Shown here piece after piece: positions 1 through 7,307 of a DNA stretch of 51,074 bases; the first letter of the stretch is position 1; every line of letters starts with the position of its first letter. A program made the position numbers and the translations under genes. The DNA comes from a virus, in IMG/VR virus record IMGVR_UViG_3300039239_000007, positions 1 through 51,074 of that record; one strand, written 5' to 3'. The notes under the pieces are model-generated. The model searched no databases. It was not told the origin of the DNA and worked only from the letters and a program-made list of their open reading frames with translations.

Positions 1-127
1 CCAGCAACTTCTCGAAAGCGGGACGGTATCTGAAGACCAGATCGAACGGTCGTGGGACGCGACCGGCGATAAGCGCACGCGGCCGGATCATATGGCGATG
101 GAAGGCCAGAAGGTAATCGGTCTGTCG
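1..127 (+). repeat. Terminal direct repeat, copy 1 (identical to 50948..51074)
   Basis: Read directly: ccagcaacttctcgaaagcggg...aaggtaatcggtctgtcg occurs at both ends of the window. Confidence 0.95.
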
Positions 128-253
128 GCGCCATTCGTCGCTCCTGACGGTTCTCGGATGATGTTCCCCGGCGACACCTCGCTTGGAGCGCCGGCAAAGC
201 AGACCATCAGATGCCGTTGCTTTGAACGGATCAGGATAAGGTACATCAGGTAA
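2..253 (+). CDS. Head morphogenesis protein (SPP1 gp7 / Mu F-like), C-terminal end; continuation of 50131..51074 across the circular junction
   Basis: The open frame entering at nt 2 reads ...SWDATGDKRTRPDHMAMEGQKVIGLSAPFVAPDG...CRCFERIRIRYIR*. The D-x-R-x-R-P-x-H...G pattern is typical of this family. The TAA stop at 251..253 overlaps the next ATG. Confidence 0.8.
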   Translation, partial: QQLLESGTVSEDQIERSWDATGDKRTRPDHMAMEGQKVIGLSAPFVAPDGSRMMFPGDTSLGAPAKQTIRCRCFERIRIRYIR

Positions 254-675
254 TGGTGAAGCAAACCCTCTCTGCATCGGTCCGGCAGTTCGCCAACATG
301 ACCAAGATGCAGATGCGGGACGTGTTTGCCGAGTCCGTGCAGGATGTTGTTGACGCTGCGCAGCTTCCCCGCGCCAAGGGCGGAAGGATACCGGTCGACA
401 CCGGAAACCTTCGGAACAGTCTGGCCAGCGGGTTGAATGGCACCATCGGCGCCCCAGATGCCAGCAGTTACGTTGTCACGCTCAGTCAGATGGAAATAGG
501 CGATATCGCGCAGTTCGCGTGGACGGCTCCCTATGCCCGAAGGATCGAGCTTGGGTTCTCCGGGACCGACAGCTTGGGCAGAACGTACGAACAGTCTGGC
601 GCGCACTTCCTGGGCTCGGCTGTGGCGCAGTGGCCGCAGTTCGTGACGGCCAACGCAGCAAGGCTGAAAAAATGA
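253..675 (+). CDS. Head-tail connector / tail completion protein, HK97 gp10 family-like
   Basis: 140 aa with VDTGNLRNS and YARRIELG motifs. TAATG start overlap. Lies just upstream of the tail terminator and tube genes. Confidence 0.7.
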   Translation: MVKQTLSASVRQFANMTKMQMRDVFAESVQDVVDAAQLPRAKGGRIPVDTGNLRNSLASGLNGTIGAPDASSYVVTLSQMEIGDIAQFAWTAPYARRIELGFSGTDSLGRTYEQSGAHFLGSAVAQWPQFVTANAARLKK

Positions 676-1064
676 ACCAGACGAATATCGAGTTGACCCT
701 CGCAACTGATTTTGTTGCGGCCGCGGGGACGTGGAAGGTCGCAATTCCGAACGTCTCTTTCGATGGGACAAAGCCCTATCTCAGGTTCGAGATTGTGCGT
801 GTGTCCAGTCGAGACGACACCCTCGAAGGGCAAGCGACCATCAACAAAGGCCGGATCGTCGCGACCGTTGTCACCGAGCAGGGCAAGAAGAGCAAAGACG
901 GAAACATGAAGGCCGATGAGATAGCGGTTCACTACCCTATGGGACGGCGCATACCGATAATCGACGGTGAGATAGTCATCATCGCGCCGCCGAACATTCA
1001 AGAGGGCTTCCCTCAAGACGCGGATTGGCGAACGCCAGTCATCATCGACTACGAAGCTTCCTAA
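672..1064 (+). CDS. Tail terminator protein (gpU position, DUF4128-like)
   Basis: Internal Met of ORF 519..1064 (MNQTNIELT...) forms an ATGA overlap with the upstream stop. 130 aa, directly before the major tail gene. Confidence 0.6.
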   Translation: MNQTNIELTLATDFVAAAGTWKVAIPNVSFDGTKPYLRFEIVRVSSRDDTLEGQATINKGRIVATVVTEQGKKSKDGNMKADEIAVHYPMGRRIPIIDGEIVIIAPPNIQEGFPQDADWRTPVIIDYEAS

Positions 1065-1082
1065 CTCTGAAAGGATAAGGGC

Positions 1083-1547
1083 ATGTCTACTTCTGACATC
1101 GGCCACCAGTTGTTCTTCAAAGCTGGTGCGCCAGCGACTTTTGACGAAGCTGGCTATGAGGCGCTGTTCACCACGGGCGCAATCAAGGTCAACGGCATCC
1201 AGTCCATCGGCCCGGTCGGCGGCACGAACGCCATCATCGACGTGCCGGATCTGGAAAGCGGCTGGATCATGGGCGCCAAGGGTGCCAAGACCGGATCTGC
1301 TACCGCTATCTCCATGCGCGAGATCAAAGGCGATGCAGGCCAGGCGGCTGTGAAGGCGGCGGCCAAGGAAGGCCCGCATAACCTCTATTCGTTCAAGATC
1401 GTGGAGCCTGGCGCCAGCGGCGATGTCGAATACATCACGGGCATTTGCCACGACTGGCAGCGCAACGAGCGTTCCACGACCAGTTATGCCGGGTACACGT
1501 TCAGCATCCGTGCGAACTATGACAGCGTTGTCGCAGAGGCTCCCTGA
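1083..1547 (+). CDS. Major tail (tube) protein
   Basis: 154 aa, lying between the terminator-like gene and the G/GT chaperone pair. Assigned by gene order and size. Confidence 0.65.
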   Translation: MSTSDIGHQLFFKAGAPATFDEAGYEALFTTGAIKVNGIQSIGPVGGTNAIIDVPDLESGWIMGAKGAKTGSATAISMREIKGDAGQAAVKAAAKEGPHNLYSFKIVEPGASGDVEYITGICHDWQRNERSTTSYAGYTFSIRANYDSVVAEAP

Positions 1548-1993
1548 TGGATTTCACACAGTTCGATAGCCGCAAGGCATCTGAGAAGCCCCGCGCGCTT
1601 CACCTGAAGCACCCCGGCACTGGCAAGCTGCTCTATGACGAGGACGACAAGGCGAAGCCCTGCCGGGTTCTTGTTCTCGGCATCGAAGGGGCAACAGGCC
1701 AGACGTCCATCCTCGAAAGCCAGCGCGCCCGCATGAAGGAAGATCGATCGGCCGGCGAGCCTGTAACGGTTGAATCCATCCATGCCAATCTCGTGAAGGA
1801 CTTCGCGCCCCTAGTCGTCGGCTTCGAGAATATCAGCCGCGGCAACAAGGCAGCGAAAGCGCCTGATGACGTTGAGTGGTTCCTGAACCTGCAGGTGGTC
1901 AACGGGAACCGGGCGCAGAAATCCTTTGTCGAGCAGGTGAGGGACTTCGCCACCGATCGGGCGGCTATCCTGGGAAACGAGAGCGCCAGCTAG
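1547..1993 (+). CDS. Tail assembly chaperone (lambda gpG analogue)
   Basis: 148 aa, immediately upstream of the tape measure region. Carries a slippery heptamer near its 3' end, and the -1 frame stays open for 117 further codons. Confidence 0.8.
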   Translation: MDFTQFDSRKASEKPRALHLKHPGTGKLLYDEDDKAKPCRVLVLGIEGATGQTSILESQRARMKEDRSAGEPVTVESIHANLVKDFAPLVVGFENISRGNKAAKAPDDVEWFLNLQVVNGNRAQKSFVEQVRDFATDRAAILGNESAS

Positions 1994-2343
1994 TCTTAGC
2001 TGCCCAGCAACTCGGCTGGCTGGCGTCCACGATCACCAATGAGAAGATGAGCCGGGGGCAAAAGTACCTCGTCTCAGGCGTTATTCCGCCGATGCCTGAA
2101 CTGGAGGCCGGCGATTATCTTCTTGATGCCCTCAAGGAACTCGGCCCGATCCGCTCGAATGGAATGGGTCTTGGAACACCGGACTGGCAAGAGCTGGTGG
2201 CCTTCGCGTCAGCAAATGACCTTGCACTCCAGCCTTGGGAGTTTCGACTGATACGAAAGATGGCTTCGGCTTACTTGTCTGGTTTCAACTCGGGCAAAGA
2301 GCCTTTGAGCATTCCGCCGATGGAACGCGAAACTGACCGGTGA
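1547..2343 (+). CDS. Tail assembly chaperone -1 frameshift fusion (gpGT analogue)
   Basis: A -1 shift at G GGA AAC (1972..1978) joins ...AAILG to KRERQLVLAAQQLGW... (the frame of ORF 1876..2343), ending with TGA at 2341..2343. Confidence 0.75.
1972..1978 (+). other. -1 programmed frameshift slippery heptamer G GGA AAC
   Basis: An X XXY YYZ heptamer in the zero frame of the chaperone gene, 13 nt before its stop. Same class as the lambda G/T site GGGAAAG. Confidence 0.75.
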
Positions 2344-2373
2344 AAAGGCGGCTCCGGCCGCCTCAACTGTTTT
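2343..2373. terminator. GC hairpin GGCGGC-tccg-GCCGCC with an A4 tract on one side and a T-rich tract on the other (candidate bidirectional terminator)
   Basis: Perfect 6-bp stem at 2347..2352 / 2357..2362. On the minus strand the hairpin is followed directly by TTTT. On the plus strand it is followed by tcaactgtttt. Confidence 0.45.
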
Positions 2374-2385
2374 AGGAGACGCAAA

Positions 2386-2673
2386 TTGCCAATAGCAAAA
2401 GAGATTTGGATAGAACAGATCAGGCCTACGGAAGAGGCTTCGATTGTGGCGTCATTCGATCTTTATGAGCAGGCGCAAGGCGATCCGGCAGGAGTTGGTA
2501 AGCCTTTCGCTATGCCCGTCCAGGGTATCGGCGAAGTCTGGTTTCAGTTCGTCTGCTGCCTCAAAGGCCAAGCCATTTACTCAGCGAGGCTACCAGATCC
2601 GGAAGCTGATCAAGCCCAGAGTCCAGAGCCTTCTCAGCTAATTTACCGAGAACTTCTGCGGGGGCCTCTTTGA
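2386..2673 (+). CDS. Hypothetical protein (TTG start)
   Basis: AGGAG at 2374..2378 lies 7 nt before the TTG. The last 113 nt run antisense through the 3' end of the minus-strand gene 2561..3046, so the true C-terminus is doubtful. Confidence 0.3.
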   Translation: MPIAKEIWIEQIRPTEEASIVASFDLYEQAQGDPAGVGKPFAMPVQGIGEVWFQFVCCLKGQAIYSARLPDPEADQAQSPEPSQLIYRELLRGPL

Positions 2674-3046
2674 TCTTGGCTATCAACGAGGCTTTGACCG
2701 TATCGTTTGCTCCGGATTCCTTCACCTTTTGAATGAGGAGGGCCTTGATGGTTTCCTCGTGAAGCTTAACGGTCACAACGCCAAGGATGGCGGATAGCCC
2801 GCCATCATCTGTGATAAAATCAATGCCCTTCGCCGTGATCTGTGGATTGATGACGTGCACCTCGCCATCCATAAATGTTTGCCACTTCGCGGTAATCAGT
2901 CCATGTTCGCACAGGTAGTAAAGGTTGTACTTAACCTGCCTTTCATCCCTGTCTTTGAAAGAACTCCGCATATCTGCAGGTTTCGGATATATCTCCGAAA
3001 GCTCACGCAAAATCTGCCGTTGAAAGTCACGATCAAGCAACTCCAT
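2561..3046 (-). CDS. Winged-helix-like protein (DUF2513-like N-terminal half), opposite-strand insert
   Basis: 161 aa. The pattern MELLDRDFQRQILRELSEIY...VKYNLYYLCEHGLI...ITAKGIDFI resembles DUF2513-type wHTH, followed by a helical C-terminal half. Locally AT-richer than the flanking tail genes. Confidence 0.55.
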   Translation of the reverse strand: MELLDRDFQRQILRELSEIYPKPADMRSSFKDRDERQVKYNLYYLCEHGLITAKWQTFMDGEVHVINPQITAKGIDFITDDGGLSAILGVVTVKLHEETIKALLIQKVKESGANDTVKASLIAKIKEAPAEVLGKLAEKALDSGLDQLPDLVASLSKWLGL

Positions 3047-3105
3047 GCATTACTCCTTTAGCTAGGCGCTAGAAAAGGAGCATGGATGCAATCGGGAGTC
3101 GAGTC

Positions 3106-3357
3106 TTAGTCTAGAAGGCCGTTAGCAATACACCACTTTCGGTTACGCTCTTCTCGTTCTGTAAGGTTCGGGCCGAACGGCTCCTTACAGCGTTCACGCA
3201 TGATCTGTTCGTCTTTGATTTGCAGTGCTTGAAAACTTTGTTCAGCCTTTTGCCGCTCGGTAAGCGGCTCTTGGCTGATAAGGGCCCAGGCGCCGATGGC
3301 GGTCAAAATAGCAGCGCCGCCTAAACCTGCGGCTACCATCCTCATCTTTGTATTCAT
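3106..3357 (-). CDS. Small membrane-anchored or secreted protein
   Basis: 83 aa with an N-terminal hydrophobic segment (MVAAGLGGAAILTAIGAWALI) and a charged C-terminal part with 2 Cys. GGAGGAGAG lies upstream of the ATG. Confidence 0.6.
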   Translation of the reverse strand: MNTKMRMVAAGLGGAAILTAIGAWALISQEPLTERQKAEQSFQALQIKDEQIMRERCKEPFGPNLTEREERNRKWCIANGLLD

Positions 3358-3407
3358 ACTCTCCTCCGGTGCGGCTCAAATTCTGCCCACAAGACAGGTA
3401 AAACCGA

Positions 3408-5405
3408 ATGGCTGATTTCGCAACGCTAGTCCTTGCCGCGGATTCCCGTAGCCTTAAGGCTGGCGAAAGGGATCTCGATAGCATCGGGTCGACGGCTGAA
3501 CGCGCGGAACGCCGCGTGAACAAGGCCACCGACAATATGGTCAAGGGCTTTACTGCTGTGGGTAGGCAGTCAACGTTTGCCGGCCAGCAGATGCGGATGA
3601 CGTCCATGCAGTTGAGCCAAGTCGCACAGCAGGCTTCTATGACCGGCGATTGGCTGCAAGCTATCGCAATTCAACTTCCTGATTTGGCTTTGGCCCTCGG
3701 GCCGGTTGGCATTCTTGCTGGCGCTGCGGCGGGTGCCCTCCTGCCGTTGGTTGCGAATCTAGCGATGACTCAGGAAGAGTCCGCCGATCTTGCTGAAAAA
3801 ATTAAGGCTCTTGAAGTCGCTACGCAAGCCTACGAAGAGGCGGTCTCGAATGCCTCATTGTCAGCCAAGGATCTGGTTGACCGGTTTGGAGAGCAGGCAG
3901 AGGGTGCACAACGCGCATATCAAGCTCTTCGGCAGCTTCGTGAACTTGAATATGGGGACAAGCTACGCCAGGCCAGTGATGCTATCCAATCCAGTCTGCA
4001 GGACATTGAGGCGTCTGTGGATCGCTTCCAGACGGCAACACTGAATTTCCTTCCACGAGAGGCCATCATGGCTGCCCAGCAGGAAACTCAGTACCTTGCT
4101 CGTGAATTTGGGCTAACAGCAATTCAAGCTCATGAGATCACCAATGCCCTGAACGAACTTGAAAGAGCCAATGGTCCGCGCGAGGTGGCAGACGCAGCTT
4201 TGAACCTTTCGAACACGCTTAAGGATGCGGCAGATGAGGGCGCAAAGCTCCCCCCATCTCTTCGAGATGTCCAGAAAGAGGCATTGAGGACCTATCTTGA
4301 AGCTTCCCGTTTTGAAAAACTGCTAGGCACTGCCAACGACACTGCCGCTACCTTGGCCGGGACGATGGGTTCAGTCGCCAACGAGGCAAACAGGGCAGCA
4401 AATAACATCGCGGCGGCTATCGATGCCCAACGCACTAAGGCCGTTATCGACCAGCTCGGGCCGCTCAATACCCTGAATGCTTTCGAGCGGACTCCTTTCC
4501 AAGATGAAATGCAGCTGCAGAACGAGCGGGCAGAGAATACGAAGAGCCAGTATCAGCTTAATGCCGAGCGTGAGGCTCGCAGAGGAAGCCGATCTAGAAG
4601 CGCCGCCATCAGTCGTGCAGAGCGCGAGCGGCAAGCCGTCTCGGACCTCATTGACGAACTGAAGGAAGAACTGAGCCTCGTCGGCGCCACAGAGACCGCC
4701 AAGCGATCGGCAGCAGCCATTCGACAGGCTGGTGCCGCGGCGACTGATCAGGAGAGGGAAGCGATTGCCAGCCTCATCACCCAGATCGACGCCGAGCAAG
4801 AAGCCCGTGATCGACAGATCGACACCATGGATGAATACAAGGATAGCGTCGGGAGCGTTCTCGATGACGTTCGCTCGGCTATGGACGACGGCAAAATCAC
4901 TTGGGACGAGTGGGCCGATATTGCTCTTAACGCGCTCGATAAGGTGATCAGCCGCATTCAGGACGATCTGCTGGACGCGATGTTTAGCGTGAACAAAGCC
5001 TCCAGCGGGGGCGGCGGTGGTGGGTTCCTGAGCAGTCTGTTCGGCGGATTGTTCGGTGGTGGCACTGGCGGATTTGCGAAGCTACCATCGGTCGGTCCTG
5101 TTCCTATCGCTCGCCCCAGCTTCGATGGTGGCGGTTACACGGGCTCAGGCTCGCGTAGCGGTGGTCTCGATGGGAAGGGCGGCTTCTGGGCGATGATGCA
5201 CCCGGATGAAACTGTAATTGACCACACCAAAGGTCAGTCAGCGTCCAGTCAAACTGGTGGCACGTCTGAAGTGCTGGTTAACCTTTCACCAGAGCTTGTG
5301 GGTCAAATCCTCGAACAAGCGCAGGGCCAGACGGTCAAGATCGTGGGCCAGAACAACAAAAACCAGCGCAACCTCTATCAGAACGGACAGGCGCAAGATG
5401 GCTGA
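3408..5405 (+). CDS. Tail tape measure protein
   Basis: 665 aa. Long coiled-coil-like A/E/Q/R-rich sequence, hydrophobic segments (AIAIQLPDLALALGPVGILAGAAAGALLPLVANLAM) and a Gly-rich C-terminal part. Follows the G/GT pair. Confidence 0.9.
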   Translation: MADFATLVLAADSRSLKAGERDLDSIGSTAERAERRVNKATDNMVKGFTAVGRQSTFAGQQMRMTSMQLSQVAQQASMTGDWLQAIAIQLPDLALALGPVGILAGAAAGALLPLVANLAMTQEESADLAEKIKALEVATQAYEEAVSNASLSAKDLVDRFGEQAEGAQRAYQALRQLRELEYGDKLRQASDAIQSSLQDIEASVDRFQTATLNFLPREAIMAAQQETQYLAREFGLTAIQAHEITNALNELERANGPREVADAALNLSNTLKDAADEGAKLPPSLRDVQKEALRTYLEASRFEKLLGTANDTAATLAGTMGSVANEANRAANNIAAAIDAQRTKAVIDQLGPLNTLNAFERTPFQDEMQLQNERAENTKSQYQLNAEREARRGSRSRSAAISRAERERQAVSDLIDELKEELSLVGATETAKRSAAAIRQAGAAATDQEREAIASLITQIDAEQEARDRQIDTMDEYKDSVGSVLDDVRSAMDDGKITWDEWADIALNALDKVISRIQDDLLDAMFSVNKASSGGGGGGFLSSLFGGLFGGGTGGFAKLPSVGPVPIARPSFDGGGYTGSGSRSGGLDGKGGFWAMMHPDETVIDHTKGQSASSQTGGTSEVLVNLSPELVGQILEQAQGQTVKIVGQNNKNQRNLYQNGQAQDG

Positions 5406-6048
5406 TCCTATTTTGCTTCCGGTTATTCCTTGGAGCCAAGTCGATTTCACGCCCGTAAGCCCCGTTTCCGCCAACAGGATGGAGGGCAGACGGACGGAAG
5501 TTCAAGCATTCGGGACGCCTTACTGGACAGCGAAGTTTTCCACCGGAACTCTTCTGCCAGCCCAATCGGGTTTGTTTGACGCGTTCATGATGAAGGCCGA
5601 CGCCAGAGGTACGACGTTTCTGGGATATGACGTATGGCGGCCCCGGCCAATTGCCATGGATACGGGCGCACCTCTATCCGGCACAAAGGCTGGAGGCGGT
5701 GCGTTCAATGGTCAGGTCTTCTTTCAGTCGGTAAGCGCAAACACCCTTTATCTCGGCGGTCTACCGGCGGGATTCGTATTCTCTCCCGGCGATTACATTG
5801 AGGTTCGGAAAACCGTTCTCATCAGATCGTTGCATCGCATTGTTGAGCCTGCGGTAGCCGATGCAAACGGCTTCGTTGCCGTTCAGATCATGTATGCGCT
5901 CGACACCCAGAACTTCCCATCAACGTGCACTGGCCACCTCGAAAAGCCGGCGTGTTTGATGATGATCGATCCCGGCAGTGCGCAGGCTCCAAAGTCGCTG
6001 GGAAGCCGAGAAACGTCATTCACCGCAACTGAGGTGTTCCACTCATGA
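5398..6048 (+). CDS. Minor / distal tail protein (gpM position)
   Basis: Internal Met MADPILLPV... of ORF 5218..6048 overlaps the tape measure stop by 8 nt. First gene after the tape measure. Confidence 0.6.
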   Translation: MADPILLPVIPWSQVDFTPVSPVSANRMEGRRTEVQAFGTPYWTAKFSTGTLLPAQSGLFDAFMMKADARGTTFLGYDVWRPRPIAMDTGAPLSGTKAGGGAFNGQVFFQSVSANTLYLGGLPAGFVFSPGDYIEVRKTVLIRSLHRIVEPAVADANGFVAVQIMYALDTQNFPSTCTGHLEKPACLMMIDPGSAQAPKSLGSRETSFTATEVFHS

Positions 6049-6632
6049 GCCTTGATCCCGTCGTCGCAGCGCAGATCGAGAAGGGCAGGATTGCCCGCCT
6101 TGACCTGATCCGCTTCGATCTTCCCGGCAAGACGGTGGGTTATCATCGGGGCGGCCGATCCTATACCTATAACGGCCTCGTCTATCTGCCGAACCGATTT
6201 CTCGACATCGGCAGCATGACGTCTGCTGTCGGTACTGCGGTGACCACCCGCACCATCACGTTTTCGGATATCCCGGTGACTGACCCAGACGATGCGGTCG
6301 CGCGGATCGAGGAGTTCGACTACCAGAACTCACCGGTCATCATCGCCCATCTTTGCGGCGTACCCAACACGAACGAGGTCTTGGGTATCCTCGCGTCGTC
6401 TATCTATGAGATCGACCAGGTGCGTTACAACAAGGGTGCTGTATCGGGTTCTGAGCGCACGCTGACGATGGAAATTGATCTGCAGCCGCCGGGACGCTCG
6501 GCGCGCGGCTCCACGGGCGTCAAGCGCTCGATAGCAGAACAGCAGTTCGACAACAGCCCGACAGACACTGGCCTAGAATATGTGGCCACAAACGCCAGCA
6601 TTCCTGAGGAATGGGGCCAGAGGCAGGGCTGA
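6045..6632 (+). CDS. Minor tail protein (gpL position, DUF2163-like)
   Basis: 195 aa with an ATGA overlap. The pattern RLDLIRFDLPGKTVGYHRGGRSYTYNGLVYLP resembles hub/minor tail proteins of GTA- and lambda-like tails. Confidence 0.55.
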   Translation: MSLDPVVAAQIEKGRIARLDLIRFDLPGKTVGYHRGGRSYTYNGLVYLPNRFLDIGSMTSAVGTAVTTRTITFSDIPVTDPDDAVARIEEFDYQNSPVIIAHLCGVPNTNEVLGILASSIYEIDQVRYNKGAVSGSERTLTMEIDLQPPGRSARGSTGVKRSIAEQQFDNSPTDTGLEYVATNASIPEEWGQRQG

Positions 6633-6655
6633 TAGCCAAACATCGGAGAACATCC

Positions 6656-6892
6656 ATGAACCGCAGATCGTTTCTCGCGGCGCTTTGTGCTGCCTCGATT
6701 CTTCCGGCGGCCAAACTGATAGCTGACAATCAGGAGGTTATGCCATTCCCGTTCAAGAAGGGGCCACTCATTTGTCAATTCACTGAGTGCGGCGCGCTTT
6801 CCGATCTTTCGGCGAAACTCGGCAACGTCGACATCTCGAATGCTTACATTGGCACGCTGGTCGTCAGCCAGTCAAATATCGAGATGGGCTGA
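6656..6892 (+). CDS. Small protein with a twin-arginine-type signal peptide and a C-terminus homologous to a gpJ segment
   Basis: MNRRSFLAALCAASILPAAK... shows the RRxFL motif followed by a hydrophobic region. GGAGA lies 7 nt upstream. The C-terminal LSAKLGNVDISNAYIGTLVVSQSNI matches LSGVLGNVDISSAYIGTLTVGTSNI in the gpJ-like protein. Confidence 0.55.
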   Translation: MNRRSFLAALCAASILPAAKLIADNQEVMPFPFKKGPLICQFTECGALSDLSAKLGNVDISNAYIGTLVVSQSNIEMG

Positions 6893-6896
6893 CCAA

Positions 6897-7301
6897 ATGA
6901 ACCGATTCCGAATTGTTGAAGCTACGCTCACCGCGGAGCTTGCGAAGCCGTATGCCTATGGCACAGCCGATTGCTTCTTCTTAGGCTGCGCGATGATCGA
7001 CGCGCTCACTGGTGCTGAGACGGCAAAGAAGTATCTCGGCTCCTACAAGACCCTTGCAGGCGCTCAGAGAGCGCTCAGGAAGCGCAAGCACAAGTCGCTG
7101 GTGACATTCTTCGAGGCCGAACTGGATCAAGCTCCCAAGGGTGCTGCTGAAGCAAGGCTGGGTGATCTGGTCATTCTCCGGCTCGCGGATGGCGCCGAAC
7201 ACGTCGGTATTTGCCTCGGTCTTCGATTTGTCACGAAAACACCTGCTGGCCGTGAGGACTACGGCCTCGGGGACGTCGTCGCCGCTTTTCACATCGGATA
7301 A
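6897..7301 (+). CDS. Tail-tip associated NlpC/P60-like protein (gpK position)
   Basis: MNRFRIVEATL... The YGTADCFFLGC (Cys) and GAEHVGICLG (His) patterns resemble papain-like NlpC/P60 peptidases. Lies directly upstream of the gpJ-like gene. Confidence 0.5.
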   Translation: MNRFRIVEATLTAELAKPYAYGTADCFFLGCAMIDALTGAETAKKYLGSYKTLAGAQRALRKRKHKSLVTFFEAELDQAPKGAAEARLGDLVILRLADGAEHVGICLGLRFVTKTPAGREDYGLGDVVAAFHIG

Positions 7302-7307
7302 TCACCA

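Noticed and set aside
1876-2343. 155-aa ORF as a stand-alone gene
   Set aside because: Its listed start lies inside the chaperone gene. It is the -1 frame extension reached through the GGGAAAC slip site (the gpT-like part of the GT fusion).
5218-5397. N-terminal extensions of several tracked ORFs (5218..6048, 519..1064, 10315..11967, 6840..7301, 36617..37822, 25374..25835, 26758..27129, 34491..34883, 19724..20212)
   Set aside because: In each case an internal start codon forms a stop/start overlap or sits behind a Shine-Dalgarno sequence right at the end of the upstream gene. The extension overlaps that upstream gene out of frame.
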